This document shows positions 26,301 through 39,887 of a DNA stretch of 64,000 nt, in pieces. Position 1 is the first letter of the stretch, and each line of letters starts with the position of its first letter. Source of the DNA: Eledone cirrhosa (Eukaryota); assembly GCA_964016885.1 (NCBI GenBank), contig OZ024749.1, positions 40,362,001 to 40,426,000 of the forward strand. Reading direction: 5' to 3'. The position numbers and the translations under genes are program-made. A model generated the notes under the pieces. That model ran no database searches. It was not told the origin of the DNA and saw only the letters and a program-made list of their open reading frames with translations.

Positions 26301-26514
26301 TCCGGTAACTTTGAATTTGCGGAGTGAATCAGTTGGATTCACATAGACATATGAATTTTTTAAAAAACTAAACATAAGATAATGAATTTTCACGCATTGT
26401 GAATACTTGTTTCATTCAGGAATACTGATATTTACAATATAGTGTAAGTTTTATAAATACTAATACATTAAAACATAGGGTTTTCTACGCCTCGAATATG
26501 TCTGGCTATTTTTA
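23364..26514 (+). mobile_element. Penelope-like retroelement (Hydra-clade-like), 5'-truncated, with inverted pseudo-LTRs
   Basis: RT+GIY-YIG ORF flanked by ~610-bp inverted repeats 23364-23977 / ~25909-26514; 3' end runs into (TA)n. Confidence 0.9.
23989..25476 (+). CDS. PLE reverse transcriptase + C-terminal GIY-YIG endonuclease (N-terminally truncated)
   Basis: Frame is open from 23989. RT: FIQLDIANYYSSI, MGSSDSAQVTDLVG, LYRDD, FLDITL. Linker CNCRDRSKC. Endonuclease: NIVY..YVGST..KLRYNNH, CDLC. Confidence 0.92.
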   Translation, partial: FRQIKYDNNNRFIQLDIANYYSSITPSLLNKALNYAFKHTDLTSKEMHIILSARKTLIEFDDKLWTRADRDSNFDITMGSSDSAQVTDLVGLFLINSLHRKIPGTTGGLYRDDMLLLINNNNPELNRKCKQITKFFNYFNLKIEIENNHRIVNFLDITLNLNTCLHYPFHKLNENLNYVNFNSNHPRSVKNTIVNSVQKRISRISSNRKIFDEKAQYYNDALARAGYADKIVYIDNDKQTKQSNNFFNYGNNINNYNRKHYNNSKGQKRNRTRNIIWFAPPFSLNIKTHIAKLFFKALDNRFPRTHRYHSIFNRHTIKLTYSSTKNLAQNINRINNRNLKTTDNSINNIQVNKCNCRDRSKCPLNNNCLVKNIVYNCNVNTDSNSFNYVGSTSTEFKLRYNNHKNSFTDPNKKSSTALSGVLWQLKLDNVRYSTAWNIVSRGIPFNSSSETCDLCAEEIFFILKSKNSLNLRTNLFSCCKHRLNSTFKYKFKFKM

Positions 26515-26587
26515 TATACATACATATATATATATATACATACATATATATATATATACATATATACATACTTATATATATATATAC

Positions 26588-26627
<40 letters not shown>

Positions 26628-26636
26628 ATTTATATA

Positions 26637-26678
<42 letters not shown>

Positions 26679-26713
26679 GATATATATATATATATACATA
26701 GATATATAGATAA

Positions 26714-26748
<35 letters not shown>

Positions 26749-26777
26749 CACACACACACACACGCACACACACACGC

Positions 26778-26847
<70 letters not shown>

Positions 26848-27049
26848 AAAACTAGATCAAGCAGAAATCTTTTGACATTTCAATGTCAACACCATTTTCC
26901 TATCAACAACAACAACAGACACGTGAGCTGTGTGAATATTTAGCACCTCCGAGCTAAATTTGAACCTCTGCTGTCGATATTTGAAACGGCTGGCGTCTTC
27001 CATTCACCTCTTTCTTCTATATTGAGAAACATTTCGTAGCTACAATAAT

Positions 27050-28060
27050 CACTATCACCACCACCTCCACCATCATCATCATCACCTACACCACCACTAC
27101 CGTTATCGTGTTCACCACTACCATCACCAGCATCATCACCTACACCACCACTACAACCACTACCATTATCGTGTTCACCACCACCACCACCATCATCATC
27201 ACCTACACCACCACTACAACCACCACCATTATCGTGTTCACCACCACCACCACCATCATCATCACCTACACCACCACTACAACCACCACCATTATCGTGT
27301 TCACCACCACCACCACCATCATCATCACCTACACCACCACTACAACCACCACCATTATCGTGTTCACCACCACCACCACCATCATCATCACCTACACCAC
27401 CACTACAACCACCACCATTATCGTGTTCACCACCACCACCACCCATCATCATCACCTACACCACCACTACAACCACCACCATTATCGTGTTCACCACCAC
27501 CACCACCATCATCATCACCTACACCACCACTACAACCACCACCATTATCGTGTTCACCACACACCACCACCATCATCATCACCTACACCACCACTACAAC
27601 CACCACCATTATCGTGTTCACCACTACCACCACCATCAGCATCACCATCATCATCACCATCATCATCACCATCACTATCATCACCACTATCGTCTTCACC
27701 TACACCACCACTCTACCACTGCCATCATTATCACCATCACCAGCATCATCATCAGCAGCAGCACCACTACCGTCATCCTTATCATCATCACCACCACCAC
27801 CACCACCACCCGCCACCACCACCACCACCACCATCACCACCACCGCCATCACCGTCACCAGCCACCACCACCTGCCACCACCACCACCATCACCACCACC
27901 ATCACCACACCGCCATCACCGTCACCAGGCCACCACCATCACCATCACCAGCCACCACCACCAGCCACCACCACCATCACCACACCACCACACCTCACCA
28001 CCACCACCATCACCACCACCACCACCACCACCACCACCACCACCATCACCATCACCAACA
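27050..28060. repeat. 63-bp minisatellite (~9 units) grading into (CAC/CAT)n
   Basis: TTATCGTGTTCACCACCACCACCACCATCATCATCACCTACACCACCACTACAACCACCACCA repeated. Confidence 0.9.
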
Positions 28061-28683
28061 GCACAAGAGATATCACAGTCCCGCTTAGTTTATTGATAAT
28101 GGATCGATTATAGTGGAAGATTATAGTGATCCTACGAGAGGGTGGGATGGTGTAGTGTGAGGGTAGTGATAAGGGGAGTTAGGGGTGTGTAAGGGTGACG
28201 GTGAGGGGTGTTTGGTGTTAATGCACGAAGGAGTACGGGGGGTGGGGGGGGGGCTGATGCGAGTGAAAGGATGAAATGGGTTAGATGGGAGGAGGTAGGT
28301 TAAAAAGTTAGGGTTAAGTGGCGGGGTGTGGCGGGGTAAAGTTTGAGGGTTGATGGGGGAGCGTTGAAGGGAGGGGGTTGTAATGTTAAGATCGATGTCT
28401 TTGTAATGAAATCTTATGGATTTCCTAGTCTATTTTATAAGTGACATCCTTCCATCAGGAGTGATAAACAAGGTGGTTGGGGAAGGGGGGAGGTAAGAGA
28501 AGGAGGAGGAGTGTTCCAATTGTTCGATTATTGGAAAAGCCTACTCGCTAAATTAACGACGCGTGTACCGTTAATCTACTTCTCAGGGAGATTCAGGATG
28601 TCAGTCCACCACCCTCAACACACCTATATTATATTAAATGGTTTATAACTGGCTGATCGCTGCTTTCATTTATATTAACGAGT

Positions 28684-29297
28684 GGCGGTGGATTGGCAGT
28701 ATCGGTAGAGGGTAGGACGCCATGCTTAGCAGCATAGAGTTACGCCCCTTTACGGTCTGAGTTCAAATCCTTCCGAGGTTAACTTTGTCTTTCATCCTTA
28801 CGGGGTCGATAAAATAAAGTAACAGTCACGCACTGGGTCGATTTAATCGACTTTCTTCTCCCCCCCCCCCCGAAATTGCTGGCCTTGTGCCTATATAAGA
28901 AACCATATTATTATCGAGAGGCGGTAGATTGACAGTATCGGTAGAGGATAGGACGCCATGCTTAGCAGCATAGAGTTACGGCCCTTTACGGTCTGAGTTC
29001 AAATCCCGCCGAGGTTAACTTTGCCTTTCATCCTTACTGGGTCGATAAAATAAAGTACCAGTAATGCACTGGACAATTGCTGTCCTTGTGTCAAAAGTAG
29101 AATCAATTATATTGGTTTCTTATAGAGGCACAAGGCCAGCAATTTTGGGGGAGGGGAAAGTCGATCATATCGACTCCAGTGCGTGGCTGGTACTTTATTT
29201 CATCGACCGACCCCGTAAGGATGAAAGGCAAAGTTAACCTCGACGGGATTTGAACTCAGATCATAAAGGGCCGTAACTCTATGTTGCAAAACCGCCC
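28684..29297. mobile_element. Cluster of three family-1 SINEs (two + tandem, one -)
   Basis: Copies at ~28684-28908(+), ~28919-29110(+), ~29113-29297(-). Confidence 0.85.
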
Positions 29298-29308
29298 TCA
29301 GTAGAAAC

Positions 29309-29508
29309 NNNNNNNNNNNNNNNNNNNNNNNNNNNNNNNNNNNNNNNNNNNNNNNNNNNNNNNNNNNNNNNNNNNNNNNNNNNNNNNNNNNNNNNNNNNN
29401 NNNNNNNNNNNNNNNNNNNNNNNNNNNNNNNNNNNNNNNNNNNNNNNNNNNNNNNNNNNNNNNNNNNNNNNNNNNNNNNNNNNNNNNNNNNNNNNNNNNN
29501 NNNNNNNN
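29309..29508. other. Assembly gap (200 N)
   Basis: Run of N. Confidence 0.99.
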
Positions 29509-32275
29509 TACACCACCCACCATACCTACACCCCCACCATACCTACACCACCACCATACCTACACCAGCATACATACACCCCCTCCCCCACCATACCTAC
29601 ACCACCCCCATACCTACACCACCACCAAACCTACACCACCACCATACCTACACCACCCCCATACCTACACCACCACCATACCTACACCACCACCATACCT
29701 ACACCACCACCATACCTACACCACCACCATACCTACACCACCACCATACCTACACCACCACCACCATACCTACACCACCACAATAACTGCAACAACAGCA
29801 TTACCACTCCCTATCAACACTCACCACCCACAACAATAACCAGACCACCCGCCACCAACAACATCCCCCCCCCCACCATCATCACCGCCCGCCAGGCCAC
29901 CAAAACCCACAACGCCCACCAACAGAACCGCCACCCTCACCACCACCATAAACCATCACCCCCCCCCCCCCCCCCCCCCCCCCACAGTTTACCAAAATGA
30001 CAACCGCCACCGCTACCCCCCCCCCCCCCCCCCCCCCCCCCACTGCTACCGCCACCACCCCCCCACCACCACACAACAACTACGTTTATCACCACCACTA
30101 AAACCACAATCCACTACACTACCAACCAACTACAATCCACTCCCCGCCCCCACCACTACCCCACCTCTACTACCCCCAACTACAACCGCCACCCCCACCC
30201 CACCTCCACCCGCCGCCATAGTCAGTCCTCACCATAATTAGAAGGGAGAAGCGAGGAGATGGGATCAGAAATTAATTACATTATTGTGGTGTGGCTGGCG
30301 GTGGTGGTGGTGGTGTTGGTGGTGGTGGTGGTGGTGTTGTTGGTGGTGGTGGTGGTGGTGGTGGTGGTGGTGGTTGGTGGTGGTGGTGGTTGGTGGTGTA
30401 GGTGGTGTTGGTGGTGTTGGTGTCGGTGGTGGTGGTGGTGGAGGTGTTAGTGGTGGTGTTGGTGGTGGTAGGTGGTGTTGGTGGTGTTGGTGTTGGTGGT
30501 GTGGTGGTGGTGGTGGTGGTTGTGGTGGTGGTGGTGGTGATGGTGTGGTGGTATTGGTGGTGGTGTTGGTGGTGTTGGTGTGGTGTTCGTGGTGGTGGTG
30601 GTGTTGGTGTTGGTGTGTGGTGGTGGTGGTGGTGTTGGTGGTGGTGGTGGTGTTGGTGGTGGTGGTGGTGTTAGTGGTGGTGTTGTGGTGGTGTAGGTGG
30701 TGTTGGTGGTGTTGGTGTTGGTGGTGGTGGTGGTGGTGGTGTTGGTGGTGGTGGTGGTGGTGATGGTGGTGGTGGTATTGGTGGTGGTGTTGGTGGTGTT
30801 GGTGGTGGTGTTCGTGGTGGTGGTGGTGTTGGTGGTGGTGTTGGTGGTGGTGGTGGTGTTGGTGGTGGTGGTGGTGTTGGTGGTGGTGTGGTGTTAGTGG
30901 TGGTGTTGGTGGTGTAGGTGGTGTTGGTGGTGTTGGTGTTGGTGGTGGTGGTGGTGGTGGTGTTGGTGGTGGTGGTGGGTGGTGATGGTGGTGGTGGTAT
31001 TGGTGGTGGTGTTGGTGGTGTTGGTGGTGGTGTTCGTGGTGGTGGTGGTGTTGGTGTTGGTGGTGGTGGTGGTGGTGGTGATATTGGTGGTGGTGTTGGT
31101 GGTGTTGGTGGTGGTGTTGGTGGTGGTGGTGGTGGTGGTGTTAGTGGTGTTAGTGGTGTTAGTGGTGGTGGTGGTGGTGTTAGTGGTGGTGTTAGTGGTG
31201 GTGGTGTTAGTGGTGGTGGTGGTGTTAGTGGTGGTGGTAGTGGTGGTGGTGGTGGTGGTAGTGGTGGTGGCGGTGTTAGTGGTGGTAGTGGTGGTGGTGG
31301 TGTCAGTGGTGGTGGTAGTGGTGGTGGTTTGGTGGTGGTGTAGTGGTGGTGGTGGTGGTGGTGGTGGTGGTGGTGGTGGTGCTGTCAGTGGTGGTGGTGG
31401 TGGTGGTGGTGGTAGTGGTGGTGATGCTCTCAGTGGTGGTGGTGGTGGTGGTAGTGGTAGTGGTGGTGGTGGTGGTGGTGTTAGTTGTGGTGGTGGTGTT
31501 AGTGGTGGTTTGGTGGTGGTGGTAGTGGTGGTGTTAGTGTTGGTAGTGGAGGTGGTGGCGGGGGTGGTGGTGTGGTGGTGGAGGTGGGGCAGTTGTGATA
31601 TTAATGGTGGTCGTGTGTGTGGTGATGGTGCTGATGTAAATAGTCTATTTACCTTCATTAGCATCATATCCACGACACCACCCCTACAGACACCACCCCA
31701 TAGACACCAACCCCTCACAGACACTATCCCTACAGACATTACCCTACCCCTTACAATCGACCAGGATGACGTAACTCTACTCCCCTCCCCAACCTGCCAT
31801 TCCCTAAACCGCCCCTAACTACCCCACCGCCTCCCTTTCTTTACCAGTTTACATCTTTTGTCTCTTTCTTTGTTGCTCTCTGCAGCCATTCCTGTGTACA
31901 CAATCATCCCCACTAAAATAACCGTCTCCACCATCACCACCATTACCACTATCACCATCATCATCAGCACCAACACCACCACCAACATCACCACCGCCAC
32001 CACCATCACTGCCACCATTACCACCAACACCAACACCGCCACCAACATCACCGCCATCGCCATCACTGCCACCACCAACACCAACACCACCACCAACACC
32101 ACCACCGCCATCACCATCACTGCCACCCTTACCACCAACACCAACACCAACACCACCACCAACATCACCGCCATCACCATCGCTGCCACCATTACCACCA
32201 ACACCAACACCACCACCAACATCACCGCCATCACCACCACTAACATCAACATCAACATCAACGTCATCAGCATCA
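29509..32275. repeat. 17-bp CCATACCTACACCACCA minisatellite followed by long (GGT)n and (ACC)n tracts
   Basis: Direct inspection. Confidence 0.9.
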
Positions 32276-32415
32276 GGGTTTGTCAGTAAAGTTTGACAGT
32301 TCTTTTTGACATTCTTCAAAATATTCTAAAACTTCCATTTAACATTTTATTGTTTTTTTTTTTATTCATTTATTTATTTATTAAATGAAACCACAAAATT
32401 ATATGTTCATATATT

Positions 32416-32492
<77 letters not shown>

Positions 32493-32984
32493 TAAAATAA
32501 CAGATTAAAGTTTAAGCAAAGAATCGCTGCTTTCACCCTTAACGGGATCTTCTGAAACTAACAAAGTCAATCTGTAAACGCAGAACTGGATATTTCAAAA
32601 AACGTTGCAGCCGGAGGAAGACAGGAAGACCATACTTTGGTTCGTGGTAACGTTCGCTGGCAAAGAACGGGAAAAAGCGAATAATACGTCATTAATAGGA
32701 GCGGTGAAAAACAATTACGTGCAAAGACAAAACCACGTTTATGGTATAAAAGAGGTCGTAGACTAATGTTCTCTAAGTGGTGCATAGAGACGTTCTCTGG
32801 CAATGAACGAAAAAACGAAGATAATAAGTCATATGTGGAGCGTGGAGAACAAAACCATATATATATATATATATATATTGTAGCACAATAAAGCAAAGCA
32901 AATATCGGATAAGTAGCACTCCACAGTTTATAGGACTGGAGTATAAATAATATAAGATGAAAAGATGGTTAAAAGAGTTCCAAG

Positions 32985-33055
32985 TATTTTATTATGCGCA
33001 TTTCAAAAACAAATATCATCATGGGATGATATTTGCGTTCTCATCAGATAAAATA
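32985..33055 (-). ncRNA. Type I hammerhead ribozyme, family C (mirror copy)
   Basis: Reverse complement of 33072-33142 with one substitution in stem II. Confidence 0.85.
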
Positions 33056-33071
33056 GGGAGAAACATATCTC

Positions 33072-33142
33072 TATTTTATCTGATGAGAACGCAAATATCG
33101 TCCCATGATGATATTTGTTTTTGAAATGCGCATAATAAAATA
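33072..33142 (+). ncRNA. Type I hammerhead ribozyme, family C
   Basis: tattttat-CTGATGA-gaacgcaaatatcgtc[ccat]gatgatatttgttttt-GAAA-tgcgca-TA-ataaaata. Confidence 0.85.
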
Positions 33143-33172
33143 CTTGGAACTCTTTTAACCATCCTTTCATCT

Positions 33173-33251
<79 letters not shown>

Positions 33252-33499
33252 TATATAACCAATTATGCACCCTTATAACTCTACCAGAAGTTAAGGGTTC
33301 ATTCATCCATGAGCCTGAGCCTTGAAATATCATGTTTAAGGATTCTTTACATGATTCTCGGTAATATCTAGGGTTCATAAACCGTATGAATACGCCCCTG
33401 GTTTTACGAGACAAAATTGTTTGTTTTAAAGTGTTTATATTTATCTAAAAACCCTCCATCATAATTTATGTAAGTTTGATAACGAGAAAGTTAGTTATA

Positions 33500-33673
33500 C
33501 AGATAAAATTCCGTTATAACGAATATCATTTAAACGAAATTTTCAGTATAAGAAAATCTTTTTCAATCCCCGGCCACACGCTCGATGAGTTAGGTCGATC
33601 TCGTTATAAAGAATTTTTCGTTACAACGACTTTTTTTATACCCTGTGAATTTCGTTATAACATAATTTCACTG
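33500..33673. mobile_element. pogo/Tigger-type (Tc1/mariner superfamily) MITE
   Basis: TA|CAGATAAAATTCCGTTATAACGA ... TCGTTATAACATAATTTCACTG|TA. Confidence 0.7.
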
Positions 33674-33971
33674 TAGTACTAAATATATCTAAATTCTTGA
33701 TTATTTTCAAAATAACTGGAAAATAGTAGACCGTTTCTTTCATTAGAAATATGATAACGAAAAAGTTAAAGGTTCTTTATATGTCTCCCATCAATATTTC
33801 GGGTTCGTATCGTGAGAAATTGGGTTTAAAAGTTATTTCAGGGTTTGACTTGTAAAATATCGAGTTTAGGAATTTTTTATAAGTCTCTCGGTAATATTTT
33901 GGAGATCGTATTTTGAAAGACAAACAAAAACAAAAACGGACAGAAGGGACTGGAATATCAAGATACATTAT

Positions 33972-34024
33972 AGAGAAGGAAAGAAGGAAAGAAAGAAAGA
34001 ACAGAGAGAAGAAAGAAAGAAAAA

Positions 34025-34080
<56 letters not shown>

Positions 34081-34103
34081 AGAAAGAAAGAAAGAACAGA
34101 GAA

Positions 34104-34184
<81 letters not shown>

Positions 34185-34187
34185 GTA

Positions 34188-34235
<48 letters not shown>

Positions 34236-34269
34236 AGGAAGAAGGAAGAAAGAAAGAAAGAACAGAGAA

Positions 34270-34338
<69 letters not shown>

Positions 34339-34341
34339 GTA

Positions 34342-34386
<45 letters not shown>

Positions 34387-34405
34387 GTAAAGAAAGAAAG
34401 ATGTA

Positions 34406-34469
<64 letters not shown>

Positions 34470-34500
34470 AGGAAAGAAAGAAGAGAGAAAAGAAAGAAAA
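33972..34500. repeat. (AAAG)n microsatellite
   Basis: Direct inspection. Confidence 0.97.
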
Positions 34501-34886
34501 TGTTTCCCCAGCATCCAAGATTCGGCAAGTGATGTGACATCAGACAACAACCATACAGATATCTAGCTTCTGGCGTGACGAAATCAAACACATTTCGACG
34601 TTGTGGAAATAATTTAGGTTATATACAATATGGAAGACGGTTTCCATGTAACAGAACCGCCGCCGCCGCCGCCGCTACTGCCATCTCCGCCTCCTTGGCG
34701 TGTCTAATGGGGATGGCGACGACGACAAACAAATACAGTTTTGACATCACTTACTTTGAAACAATTGCTGTGTTTTACTGGTTTCTGGTCTGTTTTTGTA
34801 ATGGAGAGGAAGATAGGGTGAGGGAAAGAGAGAGAGCGAGAGAGAGAGAGAGAGAGAGAAGATAGGCTGAGGGAAAGAGTGTGAGA

Positions 34887-34926
<40 letters not shown>

Positions 34927-35157
34927 AGGCTGAGGGAAAGAGGGAAAGAGAAAGAGAGAGAGAGAGAGCGAGAGAGAGAAGATAGGGTGATGGAAAGAGA
35001 GAGAGAAAGAGAGAGAGTGATTGGGAGAAAGAGAAAGAAAGAGAAACAGAGAGGATGAAAAAGAGAGTTCATTTCGCTTTAAATATTAAACAAAAGATGA
35101 AGTGAATGAAATTGATAGACGGAAACTGCAGTAGCTCGTCGTATATATATATACGTA

Positions 35158-35210
<53 letters not shown>

Positions 35211-35364
35211 ACATCATCGGGTTAGAGCTACTATCGCTCAGAGAGTGGGATTGGCTCAGTGCACAGTCTTTCCTCACTTTAAAAAATATCTTCATGCACA
35301 GGCATGATAGAATTAATTAATAATGGTATATCGTGCAATGGCCATACTCGATAACGAGGGGGCA

Positions 35365-35413
<49 letters not shown>

Positions 35414-35417
<4 letters not shown>

Positions 35418-35770
35418 AAAGTTCTATTTAAAGTTGTTGGGATACAACAAGTAAATATTTTTATAACTGATATAAAGCACTCGACACATTTTTGGAGTAG
35501 ATATACGATATTAATAAATGGAAACTACATTTATAAAACCATATTTATTTCATTATACATATTTCAGGGATACCACATTAAATTATGGTATGCCTTCATC
35601 AGACAAAATACAATATATAACAGTTTTACAAATTGACTGTCTCCAAAAGTAATGGTTGTATTTTAAAGGGTACGTCAAAGGCTGTATTTTAAAGGGTACG
35701 TCAAACCAAATATGTATAATGAAATAAATATGGTTTTATAAATATAGTTTCCATTTATTAATATCGTATA
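35414..35770 (-). mobile_element. Family A hammerhead element with inverted 5' segment
   Basis: Hammerhead 35546-35610(-): tattttgt-CTGATGA-aggcatacca..tggtatccct-GAAA-tatgta-TA-atgaaata; 35708-35770 is an inverted copy of ~35503-35564. Confidence 0.82.
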
Positions 35771-35799
35771 TATATTTCTTCTTTCGTTTACTATATATT

Positions 35800-36197
<398 letters not shown>

Positions 36198-36380
36198 GTG
36201 TGTGTGTGTGTGTTTGTGTCGATTAATAATGTAACAGTCTCGTACTGAAGTTCATTTTTCGCAAGTCTCTCTCTCCCACTCCCTTCCTGTCTCTTATCGC
36301 CCTCTCCCTCTCTCCCTCTCTCTCTCTTTGTCCCTCTCTCTCTTTGCCTCTCTCTCTCTCTGTCCCTCTCTCTCTCTCTA

Positions 36381-36454
<74 letters not shown>

Positions 36455-36675
36455 TCTCTCCCTCTGTCCATATATGGTGAGCAATGAGCCATGTCAATTT
36501 TTAAATGCCCCATACACGTCATACATCATAATGGCGTCGTTATGACTCCATGAAGAGTTAAGGGCCAATTCTTTCCAATTGTCACTCATAAATACGACCA
36601 AAGATTTATATTAAATGTCTTGCATTGATGCAGGAAATGTTACTGGTGCTCACACACACATATACATATATATAC

Positions 36676-36748
<73 letters not shown>

Positions 36749-36755
<7 letters not shown>

Positions 36756-37097
36756 GTGAGTTTTTTTTACAAAATGAAAAATAACCGAGGTGTCCTACAC
36801 GAGTGAAAGTATAAAGAAAAAAAGATGAAATCGAAAATGCAACTGGAGTCTTATTTTTTTTTTTAAATATATATATATTTGGTTCCTTTACGGGTTTCGC
36901 AGTTCTTCTGCTTTTCAAAAGTAGAGCTGAGATGGAGGGTCTGTAGTTTTTTTCACAAATGTGAGAAAAATGACAGACCCTCCTCTACTTTTGAAAAGCA
37001 GAAGAATTGCGAAACCGGTAAAGGAACCAAATATATATATATTTTTTTTTAAATAAGACTCCAGTTGCATTTTCGATTTCATCTTTTTTTCTTTATA
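36749..37097. mobile_element. Fold-back element (family E) with two U3-A8 variant hammerheads, in (TA)n
   Basis: Inverted arms ~36810-36926 / 36983-37097 with ~60-bp left tail; hammerheads at 36886-36921(-) and 36988-37023(+). Confidence 0.8.
36988..37023 (+). ncRNA. Minimal hammerhead, U3-A8 core variant
   Basis: ctt-TTGAAAA-gcag[aagaa]ttgc-GAAA-ccgg-TA-aag. Confidence 0.65.
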
Positions 37098-37127
37098 TAT
37101 ATATATACATATATATATATACGAGTT

Positions 37128-37164
<37 letters not shown>

Positions 37165-37183
37165 GCGCTCCCATACATACACA

Positions 37184-37277
<94 letters not shown>

Positions 37278-37958
37278 CATATATATTATATATATATATA
37301 TATATAGTTTCAACTATAAAAATACTATTGATCAAGAATTCTCTCTTCAAGTAATTTTTTAATGAAGTATTTACGAGTCACTTTTAGATATTTAGCAGCC
37401 GACCCCATCCCACCCCACGCCTTCATCCCCTTCACATATCACACCACCACCACCACCACCACCACCACCACCACCACCACCAGCACCACCACCTCCATAC
37501 ACACCAACCCATATCACCCCCACATCACCTCACACTTCCACAGTTACCCATCCGCCTCTTTTTTTGTGCCCACCCCATCAGCCATCCCAATGTTAAGTCT
37601 TATCACTTTATTCACTAAGGCATCTCCTGTCTTTTTTCTTTGTAAGCAAAAAAAAAAAAAAAAAATCAAAATGACATTAAAAAATTCATTAAAAGACAAC
37701 AACAACACTAAAACTATAAACAAAAGAAAAACAAACAATCTGTGCAGTATATTTCAAATATATAATGAGAGAAACAGTTATATCTCTTTTTACATTTACT
37801 TATTCTTTAGTAATATCAGTTAAATCTTACTAGGTAGACATTATGGCGAAATGCTTGGCGATCTGGCACAACTAATTTCCTTGCTTTAATATATATATAT
37901 ATACAGACATACTGCCACACACACACATATATATAAATATATATATATACACATATAT

Positions 37959-37990
<32 letters not shown>

Positions 37991-38058
37991 GAAAGTCATT
38001 AATTCTTATGTAAATGTATAAATATCGGTTAAAACATTAATTCTTAATAAAAATGCGT

Positions 38059-38128
<70 letters not shown>

Positions 38129-38205
38129 ATACATATGTATTTATGTTCGTACGTATGTATGTATGTTATATGTATGTAAGCATGTATGTATCTATGTTTG
38201 TATGC

Positions 38206-38292
<87 letters not shown>

Positions 38293-38510
38293 TGTATGTA
38301 TGTATGTATGTATGTATGTATGTGAGTGTGTATGTATGCAATATTATTCTAAGATTTATCAGCTCTGTAGTAAACAAATACCGTGCAATAAAAAGTAACG
38401 TACATCCATTTTTTTTTTTACCGTTCTCTCTATAAACGACACACGTTTATTTTTCATCGTATTTCTGTTTGAAATTCAGTCTACTTCATTTTTGTATCTA
38501 CCTATCTATG

Positions 38511-38542
<32 letters not shown>

Positions 38543-38797
38543 AATTTATTTATCTTTATATGTATATGTATATTTATGATTGCATTTGTCAAATTTTCCA
38601 CGTAAATGTTTTTCTATCTACCTATGTATCTATCTATTTATATTAATATCACTATATACACATACATGTAATAAATATTCCTCAATCTATTTAATTGCTT
38701 GGTAGATGAAGAGATATGTCTTTTATCAGGAATGACAAAATGTCTGCCATATTTATATTATAAACTGTGTCATAGGCTGCACATTATCTTGATAATA

Positions 38798-39417
38798 ATT
38801 GCTTCTACTTTTGGCACAAGGCCAGCAATTACCCCAGTGCATTACTGGTACTTTATTTTATCGACCTCGTAAGGATGAAAGGCAATGTGAACCTCGGCGG
38901 GATTTGAACTCAGACCATAAAGGGCCGTAACTCTATGTTGCAAAGCATGGCGTCCGACGCTCTACCGATACTGCCAATCAACCGGCAATCTTAATAATAA
39001 TTATTTTCTGATTTAGGCACAATGCCAGCAATGTTGGGGGCGGGGAAAGTCGATTAAATCGACCCAGTTGCATGACTGGTACTTTATTTTATCGACCCCG
39101 TAAGGATGAAAGACAAAGTGAGCCTCGGCGGGATTTGAACTCAGATCGTAAAGGGCCGTAACTCTATGCTGCAAAGCCTGGCGTCCGACTCTCTACCGAT
39201 ACTGCCAATTGACCGCCAGTCTAAATAATAATTGTTTCTACTTTTGGCACAAGGCTAGCAATTTCCCAGTGTATTACTGGTACTTTATTTTATCGACCCC
39301 GTAAGGATGAAATGCAAAGTTAACTTCGGCGGGATTTGAACTCAGAATGGCAAGGGCCGTATATCTATGCGTCAAAGCATGGCGTCCGACCCTCTACCGA
39401 CACTGCCAATTCACCGC
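38798..39417 (-). mobile_element. Three tandem family-1 SINEs
   Basis: Units at ~38798-38985, ~39000-39218, ~39228-39417 each with GGATTTGAACTCAG and CCGATACTGCCAAT-like head. Confidence 0.9.
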
Positions 39418-39825
39418 TAATGAAATCTTGAATACAACCTCCAACACTATAAATAAGTAAGTAGATAAAAGTATATATGTTTTTATTTGTATATCAGAAG
39501 AACCTAACGATTTGTCGATGAATATAGTAAAATAGTTCATAGCTTCTTTACAATTTTCATAAGTACAACTCTTTGACTGTGTGTCTATTTTTACACCTAC
39601 CCATGTGTCTATCTATCTAGTTATGTATCTATGTGTCTATGTGTCTATTTGTCTAACTATGGGCCTAGTTATCTATGCATCTATTCATTTTTCCGTCTGT
39701 TTATTTCTTTACCTATCTACTTATTCATCTCTGTCTATTTATCTATTTATGTATATATATGTGCATATTTATCTATCTATCTGTCTATTTATCTAATGTA
39801 TCTATTACGTCATCGTCTCCATATG

Positions 39826-39887
<62 letters not shown>

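Larger units (their letters stand above)
32878..33179. mobile_element. Fold-back element (family C) with two divergent hammerheads, in (TA)n
   Basis: Inverted arms ~32948-33056 / 33071-33179 plus ~70-bp unique tail on the left. Confidence 0.85.
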
